Of a stretch of DNA of 64,000 nt, positions 48,081 to 57,758 are shown piece after piece. Numbering within the stretch: the stretch's first letter is position 1; each line of letters begins with the position of its first letter. The notes under the pieces were generated by a model, which was not told the origin of the DNA, did no database searches, and worked only from the letters and a program-made list of their open reading frames with translations. This DNA comes from a virus (lineage: Duplodnaviria > Caudoviricetes), in the IMG/VR virus record IMGVR_UViG_2711768162_000009, positions 1 through 64,000 of that record; one strand, given 5' to 3'. The translations under genes and the position numbers were made by a program.

Positions 48081-48513
48081 AATCCCGGTAGATATTGACC
48101 GCAAACAAGCCCATCGCAAAGCCAAGCGAGAAGGAGTGCCTGTGCTCAGGATTGAGCCCTGGGGCGCGGAAATCTATCTCTTCAAGGGCGTCGCTTCCTA
48201 TGGGGAGAGGTTCGAGCGAATCTTCGGCCATCCGAGCAGCATGGAGTCATACGAGGAATACGAAGTCGGCGGCTTCTTCGGTGTCGATCGAGCATCCCCT
48301 GCGGCGTCAGTGTGGGTGCTGGTCATCAGCGAGATCGCCCCTGAGTATCCGGAAGAGTTCATCTGGCACGAGGCGCTGCACGCCACCTTCATGATCCTCG
48401 ACAACTACGGTGTCGCGTTCGACGTCGAGAACCACGAGGTCTTCAACTACACCCAGGCGCAGATCGTTAGTGGCGTTCGCGAAAAGCTGTATGGGCTGGA
48501 GGGCTTTCGGTGA
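48073..48513 (+). CDS. HExxH zinc-metallopeptidase-like protein
   Basis: IWHEALHA followed by downstream HE.F. Confidence 0.65.
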   Translation: MSEIPVDIDRKQAHRKAKREGVPVLRIEPWGAEIYLFKGVASYGERFERIFGHPSSMESYEEYEVGGFFGVDRASPAASVWVLVISEIAPEYPEEFIWHEALHATFMILDNYGVAFDVENHEVFNYTQAQIVSGVREKLYGLEGFR

Positions 48514-49415
48514 TGACACCAAACGACGTAATGGTGCGCCGACCTCATCCAGCGGAGTTCCCGGCACAGTTTTCAGACCTGTCGCGCATGATCCTCGAGC
48601 CCGGCACCCGCGAGGATTGGCTGGCCCTGCATGATCTGCACTACAAGACCGAGACCGACAGCTTCGGCCAGACCTATTACCGCTGCACGCTGGACGGGAA
48701 GCTCATCGGTGTAGTGGTGACCGCCTACCCGAAACTGCTCCTGGAGCCGCGGCACCGGATGTTCCCGAAGATCAAGCCAACCGGCGGCAGCAAGCTGACC
48801 AATACCGCTCGAGGCAAGTTCGTGAACGACCTGTTCGCGATCATTAACCGCTCGGTGGTGGACACGATGTATCGCGGTGTCGGCGTGAGCTACCGGATGA
48901 TCAACCTGGCGTCGCGAATGCACCCCCGGCGTGTCATGGAGATTCAGTCGGCCATGTCGAAGTTCAGCCCGTTCGCCATGAAGGCCGGCTTCCAGTTCGC
49001 CAAACCCATCAAGAACAAGCACTACGAGAAAGGCGTGGCGATGGTGGCGCGCTACCTCGACAGTCATCCCTACGACACCGAAGGGCTGATCGCCGAGCTG
49101 GAGAGCATGACGCCGGCGCTGAAGCACCGTGCCCTGCGTGACCTGACGGCCTTCTATTACAAGTGCTCGGCACTGGAAAAGACCGGACGAAATCTGGGTC
49201 GCGGCCTTGATGACTTGGACTACACGCCTCGAGAGCTGATCGCCAAGATTCAGGGCCTGATCTTCACCAGCCCGCTCTACGGCGCCTATCAGAACCCGGA
49301 CTACGGTCGCGTGCTGCCCAGGCAGCTACCGCTGATCGCCTTTGACCTGCAACGAACCGACGAACCCCTGAATTTGGAGCGTCTGTCCGAAGTGACGGGC
49401 GAGAGTTACCAATGA
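48510..49415 (+). CDS. GNAT-like acetyltransferase (putative DNA modification)
   Basis: LHY, LIGVVV, INRSVVDTMYRGVG acetyl-CoA motif, PF..KAGF. Confidence 0.75.
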   Translation: MMTPNDVMVRRPHPAEFPAQFSDLSRMILEPGTREDWLALHDLHYKTETDSFGQTYYRCTLDGKLIGVVVTAYPKLLLEPRHRMFPKIKPTGGSKLTNTARGKFVNDLFAIINRSVVDTMYRGVGVSYRMINLASRMHPRRVMEIQSAMSKFSPFAMKAGFQFAKPIKNKHYEKGVAMVARYLDSHPYDTEGLIAELESMTPALKHRALRDLTAFYYKCSALEKTGRNLGRGLDDLDYTPRELIAKIQGLIFTSPLYGAYQNPDYGRVLPRQLPLIAFDLQRTDEPLNLERLSEVTGESYQ

Positions 49416-49699
49416 TGCAGCCGAACAATACTCGTCTGACCGTGAAGCAGATTCAGATTCTGCAAACCATCAACCAGCACTGGCTGACCCACCGTCAAGA
49501 AATCGACGTGGATCAGCTACTTGACGCATTGCCTTATCAAACCACCAAGCAATCCATGCAGTTCAGCATCCGAGCCCTGATCAAGAAGGGAGTCATCCTG
49601 AAGTGCGAGTGCGAGGTTCGGCGCGGCAGGCAGCGCCGCATCCTCAAGATCACTGATCATGGCAAGCGACTGCTTGGTATCCGATCCGAGGTAGCGTGA
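49412..49699 (+). CDS. winged-HTH transcription regulator (candidate late activator)
   Basis: LT.KQ..IL, KQSMQFSIRALIKKG, IT..G MarR-like pattern. Confidence 0.7.
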   Translation: MMQPNNTRLTVKQIQILQTINQHWLTHRQEIDVDQLLDALPYQTTKQSMQFSIRALIKKGVILKCECEVRRGRQRRILKITDHGKRLLGIRSEVA

Positions 49700-49706
49700 A
49701 TCGGAT

Positions 49707-49793
49707 GAGGCAGAGTTTTTGTAGTAAATGCCTTACCCCCTCTACTTAATAATCCTCATCCGAACATATACAGAACTACAGAGTAATAGGGGT
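49707..49793 (+). promoter_or_regulatory. putative late promoter/packaging element upstream of terminase
   Basis: AT-rich intergenic block, duplicated in inverted orientation at 37446-37527. Confidence 0.5.
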
Positions 49794-49999
49794 CAGTCGA
49801 TACAGAGCTGACCAGGTGGTCCTCGGATACAGCGGATCGGCCGGCCCCGCCCCTCTCCCCACAATTCAATGCTGTGCCTCCTTGCTCACTCAGAAACGCG
49901 CTGTGAGCGCTTTCGCGTGCGAGACGACTCATTACTCGTCTTTCGTCGGGAAACGTCTCTCAGCGCAGCGTGGAGCGATCTAGGAGCGCATATAGCGTC

Positions 50000-50638
50000 A
50001 TGACAGACGAAACGAAGAAGGAAACAGCGAAGAAGCGCATGACCCCTGCGCAATGGGCAGAAGCCCGTGCGATGTGGGCGTCAGGCGAGTTCACGCTGGA
50101 ACAGCTCGCCGACAAGTTCGGTGTGGCCCGCGAGACCCTTTCGAGGCGCTTCAAGAAGGACGGCGTGAAGAAGGGTCAGGCGGCCATCGACAAGAAGGTT
50201 GAGGCGGAGATTGTCGAGAAGGCCACCCTCGAGGCTGACAAGTGGCGTGAGCGCGCCGAGAAAGCGCGTGAGCAGTTCTTCCGAGCCACCGAAATGCTCA
50301 ATGGCATGAACATCAAGGTGCTTCGGGACGCCCATGCCAATGAGACGATCTTTGCCGCGCAGCCTGACCTGAAGGCGATCCAGATGTGCCTGAAGAATCT
50401 GGAGATGGCAAAGGGCATTCAGTGGTCGATTCTTGGCCTCGATCGCGAAGGCGTGGATGAAGAAGAGATCCCCGAGCTGATGATCCGAGAACTGACGCCG
50501 GATGAATTGCAGCGCATCCAAGCGGCCCAGTCGCAAGTCGGCCAGGAAGATGAGATCGAGATCGGCGATGCCGCCCCTTATCTGGAAGACGACGACCTGG
50601 AGCTTGAAGACGACCTCGTGGTTGAAGGGGACGACTGA
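50000..50638 (+). CDS. terminase small subunit
   Basis: N-terminal HTH (LADKFGVARETLSR), directly upstream of TerL. Confidence 0.8.
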   Translation: MTDETKKETAKKRMTPAQWAEARAMWASGEFTLEQLADKFGVARETLSRRFKKDGVKKGQAAIDKKVEAEIVEKATLEADKWRERAEKAREQFFRATEMLNGMNIKVLRDAHANETIFAAQPDLKAIQMCLKNLEMAKGIQWSILGLDREGVDEEEIPELMIRELTPDELQRIQAAQSQVGQEDEIEIGDAAPYLEDDDLELEDDLVVEGDD

Positions 50639-51882
50639 TGGCCGCGATCGTTGACGTCACCCTGCACAACAAGCAGATGGAAGTCTACGCCTCCAAGCAC
50701 CGCTTCAAGGTGGTGGTCGCCGGTCGTCGTTGGGGTAAGTCGATGCTGTCCAAGTCCATGATGATGCGGGCAGCCAAGAAGCCTCGTGCCAGGGTCTGGT
50801 ATATCGCACCGACCTTCCGCATGGCGAAGCAGATCATGTGGGACGAGGTGCTGGAGTCGGTGCCGAAGCGGTGGATCAAGAAGGTGAACCACTCGACGCT
50901 GACCATCGTGCTCAAGAACCGCACCGAGATCAGCCTGAAAGGCGCCGATCGCCCCGACACCCTTCGCGGTGTGGCCCTGGACTTCGTGGTATTGGACGAG
51001 TTTCAGGACATGAAGGCGGACGTATGGGTCAAGGTCATCCGCCCTACTCTGTCCTCTACCGGCGGCGGTGCGATGATCATCGGCACGCCGAAGGCATTCA
51101 ACTACCTCTACGAGCTGTGGAAGATCGGTCAGCGTCCCGACATGCAGCTTCAGGGGCAGTGGAAGTCCTGGCAGTTCAAAACCGCGACCTCGCCCTTCAT
51201 TCCAGCAGAAGAGATCGAGGCAGCTCGAGCGGACATGGATGCCAAGTCCTTCGAGCAGGAATACGAGGCCAGCTTCAACACAATGTCGGGCCGGGTCTAC
51301 TACCCGTTCGACCGCACCATCCACACCGGTCGCTACGAGTTCAATCCGGAACTGCCGATCTGGGTTGGTCAGGACTTCAACATCGACCCCATGTCGTCGG
51401 TGGTGATGCAGCCTCAGCCAAACGGCGAAATCTGGATCGTTGACGAAATCATCCTACCCTCGTCCAACACCAATGAGGTGTGCGATGCGCTGGAAAAGAA
51501 GTTCTGGCGATGGCAGCACAACGTCACGATCTACCCCGACCCTGCCGGCGGCCAGCGACAGCACGCACGCGGCGAGACCGACATCGACATTTTCCGGACA
51601 CGCGGCTTCAAGAAGGTGAAATACAAGCGAAAGCACCCGCCGGTCGCTGATCGCATCAACTCGGTGAACTCTCAGCTAATGTCTGCCAACGGTGACATTC
51701 GCCTCAAGGTCAACGAGACGTGCCGGGAGACCATCGCCGCCTTCGAGCAGACGCTTTACAAGCCCGGTGGTCGAGACGTCGATAAGGCCGCAGGCGTCGA
51801 GCACCCGGCAGATGCTCTGGGCTACTGCATCGAAATCGAACGGCCACTGCGCAAACGCCGCATCATGGGGGCATCCGTATGA
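50638..51882 (+). CDS. terminase large subunit
   Basis: AGRRWGKS, VLDEF, IGTP, GQDFN, H.ADA. Confidence 0.95.
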   Translation: MAAIVDVTLHNKQMEVYASKHRFKVVVAGRRWGKSMLSKSMMMRAAKKPRARVWYIAPTFRMAKQIMWDEVLESVPKRWIKKVNHSTLTIVLKNRTEISLKGADRPDTLRGVALDFVVLDEFQDMKADVWVKVIRPTLSSTGGGAMIIGTPKAFNYLYELWKIGQRPDMQLQGQWKSWQFKTATSPFIPAEEIEAARADMDAKSFEQEYEASFNTMSGRVYYPFDRTIHTGRYEFNPELPIWVGQDFNIDPMSSVVMQPQPNGEIWIVDEIILPSSNTNEVCDALEKKFWRWQHNVTIYPDPAGGQRQHARGETDIDIFRTRGFKKVKYKRKHPPVADRINSVNSQLMSANGDIRLKVNETCRETIAAFEQTLYKPGGRDVDKAAGVEHPADALGYCIEIERPLRKRRIMGASV

Positions 51883-51948
51883 CCAAAAGAGTAAGTAAGT
51901 GTTTACTTATTACGATGCCTGTGCTTGAATATCCCACTAGGTCATTAG

Positions 51949-53472
51949 GTGAAAGGCATGGAACTTAAAGACGTCATCGAACGCAGGCATCCGGAATATA
52001 ACGGCCTGATTCGCCATTGGAATTTCCTGAGCGCTACCTACGCAGGTGGGCGTGACTGGTTTGACGCCAACATCTTCCGTTATCACAAGGAAGGCGATGG
52101 CGAGTTTTCCAAGCGTCGAGAGCGTGCCTATCGCTTCAATCACACCCGCGAGATCGTGAATCTGGTCAACAAATACGTCTTCCGAGGCCAAGTGAAGCGC
52201 CAGGAAGAGCCGCCCAAGGAACTCGCCGAGTTCTGGAAGCGTGCGACCCGCGACGGTCGCAGTATTGACCAGTTCATGCGTCAAGCGGATGTGAAGGCGT
52301 CCACCTTTGGCCGTGTGTGGATCGTTGTTGATTCCACGCTTGTCGCAGACGCGGCGATCTCGGTCGCTGACCAGAAGGCAAGCGGCGGTCAGGTCTACGC
52401 CTACATTGTTCCCCCGACTCACATGCTCGATATGGGCTATGGAGAGGACGGCGAACTGCTGTGGGCTCTCATCTATGAGCCTGTCCGAGACGACGATGAC
52501 CCCTTCGCCTCATCTGGCAAAACCATCAAGCGTTGGCGTATCTGGACCAAAGAGAAATGGTTCCTGATCGAAGAGCAGCCGAAAGGCAATCAACTGCACT
52601 ACGAGATCGTCAAGCAAGGTGACAATGCCATCGGCGTGGTGCCTATCGTCCCGCTAGATGCTCTGGGAAACCACGAGTCGCAGTATTCGTCCCCCGCCCT
52701 CATCAACGACATTGCTTATCTGGATCGTGCGGTAGCCAACTACCTCTCGAACCTCGACGCCATCATCCAAGATCAAACGTTTTCGCAGCTTGCGATTCCG
52801 GCGCAGAACATCGCACCTGGAGATGACGACTATAAGCAGATGGTCGAGATGGGCACTCGGCGAGTATTTGTCTATGACGGCGAAGGCGGTGCCGGCCCGC
52901 ACTTCCTGTCACCTGACGTCAAGCAGGCCAGCCTCATCATTGATGTGGTAGCCAAGATCATCAACGAAATCTACCACTCCGTCGGCGTAGCTGGTGAGCG
53001 CACCAAGGCTGACAACAGCCAGGGGATCGACAACAGCTCGGGCGTGGCGAAAGCCTACGACTTCGAGCGGGTCAATTCCCTGCTGAGTGCAAAGTCTGCC
53101 GCTCTTCAGAAGGCCGAAAACGAGGTCGCCCGACTAGTCATGCTTTTCTCTGGCTCGGAAGAGGCAGTAAGCGATGACTTATCTGTCGTCCACTATCCGA
53201 AAGACTACGACGTTCGTGGCCTGACGGATGAGTTCGCCATCAGCGAACAGCTTTCTCTGATCGAGGCACCTGACTCGGTTCGCCGTGAGCAGATGCGCGC
53301 CCTGATCGACAAGCTCTTCCCTCACATGAAGGAGGACTTGCGTAGGGAGATCGAGAAGGAACTGAAAGACTTCCCTGCCCAGCCGGAACCCACCCTGCCC
53401 CCGCTCTCTGGCGGACAAGGCCGGGCGGAAGCCGACGAAGAAGGGAATCCCGCTCAGTGGGTTGCCGAGTGA
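51949..53472 (+). CDS. portal protein
   Basis: About 500 aa after TerL; G.VPIV and SG.AK..D patterns. Confidence 0.85.
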   Translation: MKGMELKDVIERRHPEYNGLIRHWNFLSATYAGGRDWFDANIFRYHKEGDGEFSKRRERAYRFNHTREIVNLVNKYVFRGQVKRQEEPPKELAEFWKRATRDGRSIDQFMRQADVKASTFGRVWIVVDSTLVADAAISVADQKASGGQVYAYIVPPTHMLDMGYGEDGELLWALIYEPVRDDDDPFASSGKTIKRWRIWTKEKWFLIEEQPKGNQLHYEIVKQGDNAIGVVPIVPLDALGNHESQYSSPALINDIAYLDRAVANYLSNLDAIIQDQTFSQLAIPAQNIAPGDDDYKQMVEMGTRRVFVYDGEGGAGPHFLSPDVKQASLIIDVVAKIINEIYHSVGVAGERTKADNSQGIDNSSGVAKAYDFERVNSLLSAKSAALQKAENEVARLVMLFSGSEEAVSDDLSVVHYPKDYDVRGLTDEFAISEQLSLIEAPDSVRREQMRALIDKLFPHMKEDLRREIEKELKDFPAQPEPTLPPLSGGQGRAEADEEGNPAQWVAE

Positions 53473-53522
53473 CCGGCCCCGCTAAACCGATAGGCCGAGT
53501 GACCGGCCAACAGGAGTAAGAA

Positions 53523-54404
53523 ATGCCTTGGTTCGCAAAATACAACGCTGATCGTCGTCTGTTCGACGCTGTGAAAGGTGAAGGTGAAGCTGCCGGCTCC
53601 GCTGGTTCCCAGGACGCCGCCGACGGCGCCAAGGGTGAAGGTGGTGTCGCGGAAAATGGCGATGCGGCAGACGCCAAAGCCGAAAACAACAAGGGTGAAG
53701 GTGACAAGGGTCAGGAAGGCGCCAAGCCGACCGACCAGGAAGCCAAGCTGCTGAAGGAAGTGATGGCGAAGAAGACTCAGCTCAAGGAGCTGGAAGGTCG
53801 TCTCAATGCCTTTGGTGACGTCACCCCGGAGCGTGTTCAGGAGCTGATTGAAGCGGAATCCGCTCGTCAGGCTGAGCAGGCTGAGCGCGAAAAGCAAGAC
53901 CTCGAGAAGCGCGGCGAGTTTGATCGCCTTCGCGAAATGATGGTGTCAGAGCACGAGAAAGTTCTGAGCACCAAAGACCAAGAGCTTCAGGAGCTTCGCG
54001 AAGCCAATGCTCAACTGCTCGGTCGTCTTGACGACATGACGGTTGGCTCCAGCTTTAGCAACTCCCCCTTCATCTCTGAAGAACTGCTGCTGACCCCGAG
54101 CAAGGCTCGCGTCGTCTACGGCAATCACTTCGAGGTGAAAGATGGTCAGGTCGTCGGATACGACAAGCCGGCCGGTGCAAAAGATCGCACCGTTCTCGTG
54201 GATGGACGCGGTGAGCCCCTGGGCTTCGAAGATGCCATTCGCAAGCTGGTGGAAGCCGACCCTGAGCGCGATTCCCTGATTCGTGCAAAGGCCAAGCCCG
54301 GAGCCGGATCAAACAAACCCGAGGGTGGAAGTCCGCAAACGTCGATCCCGTCAGGTGTCGGTCGCATTGCGGCAGGACTGTCCTCGCTTTCTGCGAAAAA
54401 GTAA
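53523..54404 (+). CDS. capsid scaffolding protein
   Basis: Low-complexity N-terminus, coiled coil, GAGS tail, upstream of MCP. Confidence 0.8.
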   Translation: MPWFAKYNADRRLFDAVKGEGEAAGSAGSQDAADGAKGEGGVAENGDAADAKAENNKGEGDKGQEGAKPTDQEAKLLKEVMAKKTQLKELEGRLNAFGDVTPERVQELIEAESARQAEQAEREKQDLEKRGEFDRLREMMVSEHEKVLSTKDQELQELREANAQLLGRLDDMTVGSSFSNSPFISEELLLTPSKARVVYGNHFEVKDGQVVGYDKPAGAKDRTVLVDGRGEPLGFEDAIRKLVEADPERDSLIRAKAKPGAGSNKPEGGSPQTSIPSGVGRIAAGLSSLSAKK

Positions 54405-54420
54405 GTAAGAAGTTACTGAT

Positions 54421-55335
54421 ATGCCTTTGCTGGTTCAAGAAGCCGCCAAACTGTCTGAAGCTGATCTTCAGCGCGGCATCATCGAAGAAATCATCGACAA
54501 GGAAGACCTGCTGGCGGTTCTGCCCTTCGTCCGCACCGACGGCAAGTCCTACGACTACGTTCGTGAGAAGACCCTGAGCGAAGCCGAGTTCCTGTCCCCG
54601 TATGACCCGGTGCCGGAAGGCGCGGCCACCTTCGATGAAGTCAGCACCAAGCTGCGCATCCTCGCTGGTGACGTGGACATCGACAAGTTCACTGCCGAGA
54701 CTCAGAGCGACCTGAACGACCAGATCGCCATCCAGCTCCAGGGCAAGGCAAAGGGCATCACCCGCAAGTTCCGCCGCTCTCTGGCGCAGGGCGATTCCTC
54801 CGTCAACGCCAAGGAGTTCGACGGCATTGATCGCCTGGTCTACAACGACCAGGTTATCGTCGGTGGCGGCAACGCCATGTCCTTCACCATGCTCGACGAG
54901 CTGCTGGACGCCGTGCCCAACGGTGCCGACGCTATCTTCATGACCAGCGCCCACATCCGCGCCCTGCGTGCCATGCTGCGCGCTACCGGCGGTCTGGAGC
55001 CGGCACACATCATGATGGAGAACTTCGGTCGCCCGATGCTGACGCACAACGGCGTGCCGATCCTGGTCAACGACTTCCTGAACGTTGCTCAGGATGGTGA
55101 AGGCAAGCGCACCGCGCCGATCTTCGCCGCTCGTCTGAACGAGACCGATGGCCTGCACGGCATCTTCGGCGGCGCCTCTGCCGGTGTCCGCATGGAAGAA
55201 ATCGGCACCGTCCAGAACAAGGACGCCATCCGCTACCGCGTGAAGTGGTATGCCGGCCTGGCCCTGAAGTCCACCAAGTCCCTGGCTAAAGTGGCTGACG
55301 TGGCTATGGGTGAATCCGGCGGCCCGCTGGCATAA
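54421..55335 (+). CDS. major capsid protein
   Basis: LPF....G.SY.Y.RE, EFDGI, NGVPI..NDF, YRVKWYAGLA; highly biased codons. Confidence 0.9.
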   Translation: MPLLVQEAAKLSEADLQRGIIEEIIDKEDLLAVLPFVRTDGKSYDYVREKTLSEAEFLSPYDPVPEGAATFDEVSTKLRILAGDVDIDKFTAETQSDLNDQIAIQLQGKAKGITRKFRRSLAQGDSSVNAKEFDGIDRLVYNDQVIVGGGNAMSFTMLDELLDAVPNGADAIFMTSAHIRALRAMLRATGGLEPAHIMMENFGRPMLTHNGVPILVNDFLNVAQDGEGKRTAPIFAARLNETDGLHGIFGGASAGVRMEEIGTVQNKDAIRYRVKWYAGLALKSTKSLAKVADVAMGESGGPLA

Positions 55336-55373
55336 TCTTACGGGCGCAGGAGTAAGTCACGACTTACTTATAG

Positions 55374-55404
55374 AGGGGTGGCAGGGATTCCTGCTGCCCC
55401 TTTT
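55374..55404 (+). terminator. terminator after MCP
   Basis: AGGGGTGGCAGG...CCTGCTGCCCCTTTT. Confidence 0.75.
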
Positions 55405-55423
55405 GACGATCAGGAGAAAGAAG

Positions 55424-55852
55424 ATGAAGGTCAAAATCGCTGAACCGGCTCTCGCCAATTACACCGGCATTCTGTATCGCATCCAGTTCCTCAACGGCGA
55501 AAGTCTTCGTGAATTGACACCTGCTGAGGTCAGCATGATTGGCGCCGCCATGCGCGTCACTGATCTGGAAGGCAACCAGGTGGGTGCGGCAGTGAATCAC
55601 GGTCGGCGCAATGCCATGACGGTTTCTAAGGCGACCGAAGTCAATTCCAAGCAAGAGGCCGAGGCTTTGTCCGACGCTTCACCCGCCGGCAAGGCTGCCC
55701 CCGCCACCAAGACCTACACCGCTGATGAGCTAGCCGCCATCGCCGATGAGCAAGGTATTTCTGGGCTGCGCGAGATCGCGGACCCCCTTGGCATCAAGGG
55801 TCGCTCCATCAATGAGTTGATTCGCGAGATCACCGAGTATCAGGGGGCCTAA
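55424..55852 (+). CDS. virion-associated hypothetical protein
   Basis: RBS AGGAG; C-terminal helical LREIA..LGIKG motif. Confidence 0.7.
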   Translation: MKVKIAEPALANYTGILYRIQFLNGESLRELTPAEVSMIGAAMRVTDLEGNQVGAAVNHGRRNAMTVSKATEVNSKQEAEALSDASPAGKAAPATKTYTADELAAIADEQGISGLREIADPLGIKGRSINELIREITEYQGA

Positions 55853-55854
55853 GT

Positions 55855-56658
55855 ATGAATACCTATGACGCTGGCGAATCGTTCAGCCTCTCCATCGACA
55901 TTTCACAGGCCGGGGCTCCCAGTAGCGCCACCTACAGGGTTGTGGATCACGCTGGCGTCTTGGTGATCGAGAGCACTCCCCTTGAGGTCTACGGCGATGA
56001 CGAATCACTGACGGTTCACCTCGAAGAGAACGCAACTACGCTGGCGGAGGGTCAGCGTCGCAAGCTGCTGACCATTCACCTCGAAGTGACCGACGATGAG
56101 GGCGGCCGGTTCAAGTTCCGGGAAACCGTCATCATCCAGAGCCAGGCCGGGCTTATCGTGCCGGCCGAGTCGTTCCAGTCTGTGAGCGAGGCGCTTCTGG
56201 TCTCCATGGACGTCTTCGAGGTTCCCCACTGGGAGGCGGCAGGCGAAGAGGATCGCCGAAAGGCGCTGATTGAAGCTGCACACCGGATCAATCAGCTCAA
56301 ATTCTCTCGTCTGGAAGACCTCTATTGCGATGACATGGATCGCATCGACGTTCCCGCTGGGTGGTATCCGGACGGCTGCCGGCAGCTACCGATCTCCGAT
56401 CTTCCTGAAGCCGTCTGGGTCGCCCTTCCCTCGATGTTCATCGCGGATCTCAAGGTTGCCCAGGTGATCGAGGCGGACTCAGTGCTCTCGGGCGAGACCG
56501 CAGAGGAAAAGCGCTTGTCGGGCATCTTGTCGGATACCGTCGGGGAGACCTCGCAGATGTTTCGCACGGGCAAGCCAATGGAGCTGCCGGTGTCCAAGCG
56601 AACCATGAGGCGGCTGGCCCGGTGGGTAGACACGACCTGGAGGGTGGGCCGTGGATAA
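55855..56658 (+). CDS. head-tail adaptor
   Basis: Position; AL..AA..I and S.TVGE motifs. Confidence 0.65.
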   Translation: MNTYDAGESFSLSIDISQAGAPSSATYRVVDHAGVLVIESTPLEVYGDDESLTVHLEENATTLAEGQRRKLLTIHLEVTDDEGGRFKFRETVIIQSQAGLIVPAESFQSVSEALLVSMDVFEVPHWEAAGEEDRRKALIEAAHRINQLKFSRLEDLYCDDMDRIDVPAGWYPDGCRQLPISDLPEAVWVALPSMFIADLKVAQVIEADSVLSGETAEEKRLSGILSDTVGETSQMFRTGKPMELPVSKRTMRRLARWVDTTWRVGRG

Positions 56659-57367
56659 TCGCTTCGCTTACCTCGACACATACGCCAAGAAAGCCGTGGA
56701 TGCGGAAAGAGCGTTCCACAGTTCACTGATAGGCTCCAAGGAAGGAGCCATTACATCAGCTCGACGCCGGCCCAACCCTTCAATGGCCCAAATGCTCAAC
56801 GACTCGAGCATGGGCTTTCATACCGCTCTCGATCAGCGCAGCGCCCTGCTCTACGCCGCTTGCAGCTCCGTGGTGGCCCTGTCTCTTACCGAAGCGACCC
56901 GAATCGTCGGCTCGCTTATGGACGACGAAACGACCGAGCTGTCTCGCTACGCGATGGGATTCACCCTGGATCGCCTGCGTCGCGATGCAGAGTCTCGCGT
57001 GACCCAGTTCCAGCTCGACATGAAGCGCATATCCATCCTGTCACGCTCGATGCGCTCGGAACATGCTTGGGATTCCTCCGCAGCGCTCCTACGCGCTCGC
57101 GAGAGCGTCGATAGCAAGTCATCCGTGTCCTTGGACTCCATTGGACGCAGACAGCGCACAGAGCGCTTTACGCGTCTTCTGGTGAGGGGCTTGGGTCTTT
57201 CGGTTCTGGTCGATTCGGTCGTCTCCGCTTCTGATCGGGAGCACTTTGAGGTTGTGACCTTCGAGGGTGAGGTGGTGGATGTGCTTCACGTCGACGACTA
57301 CCAGGATCGCCGAGATGACCTGTTTCACCCTCAAGCACGGCGCTTTTTGCGGCCTACAGGTAAGTAA
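56651..57367 (+). CDS. putative minor head protein
   Basis: Position; C-terminal FHP..R. Confidence 0.55.
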   Translation: MDNRFAYLDTYAKKAVDAERAFHSSLIGSKEGAITSARRRPNPSMAQMLNDSSMGFHTALDQRSALLYAACSSVVALSLTEATRIVGSLMDDETTELSRYAMGFTLDRLRRDAESRVTQFQLDMKRISILSRSMRSEHAWDSSAALLRARESVDSKSSVSLDSIGRRQRTERFTRLLVRGLGLSVLVDSVVSASDREHFEVVTFEGEVVDVLHVDDYQDRRDDLFHPQARRFLRPTGK

Positions 57368-57401
57368 CTGCTTACTTTTATGACCAACGCAGGTAGAATG
57401 A

Positions 57402-57758
57402 ATGTTTAGACCAAACACCTATTGCTCGGTCAGCAAGCGAGATTCGTTCGACAGGTGGGGGCGCGAGAAATACGGCGACCCTAAGCGAGTGAAGTGCTCT
57501 GTCGTCCGGCTCAAAGCCAGCCGCGAGAAATCTTCGGTTCGAGCCGACAGCTCTGCCTCCAGGGGTCGAGCCAAAGAGATCGAATCAGACTCAGTGCTGC
57601 TGCTGCCTCCAACCTTCCAGATCGAAATCGGAGACAAGGTGGAAATCCTTGGGATGGCTTTGGAGGTCGAGAGTATCGAGCCGCGCCTGAGCATTTCAGG
57701 CCGACACGACCATAACGAAGTGGGTTTGTGCATATGGGTATCGAAGTTCGAGGGGTAG
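57402..57758 (+). CDS. head closure/stopper protein
   Basis: D.WG...Y, beta-rich, 118 aa. Confidence 0.65.
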   Translation: MFRPNTYCSVSKRDSFDRWGREKYGDPKRVKCSVVRLKASREKSSVRADSSASRGRAKEIESDSVLLLPPTFQIEIGDKVEILGMALEVESIEPRLSISGRHDHNEVGLCIWVSKFEG

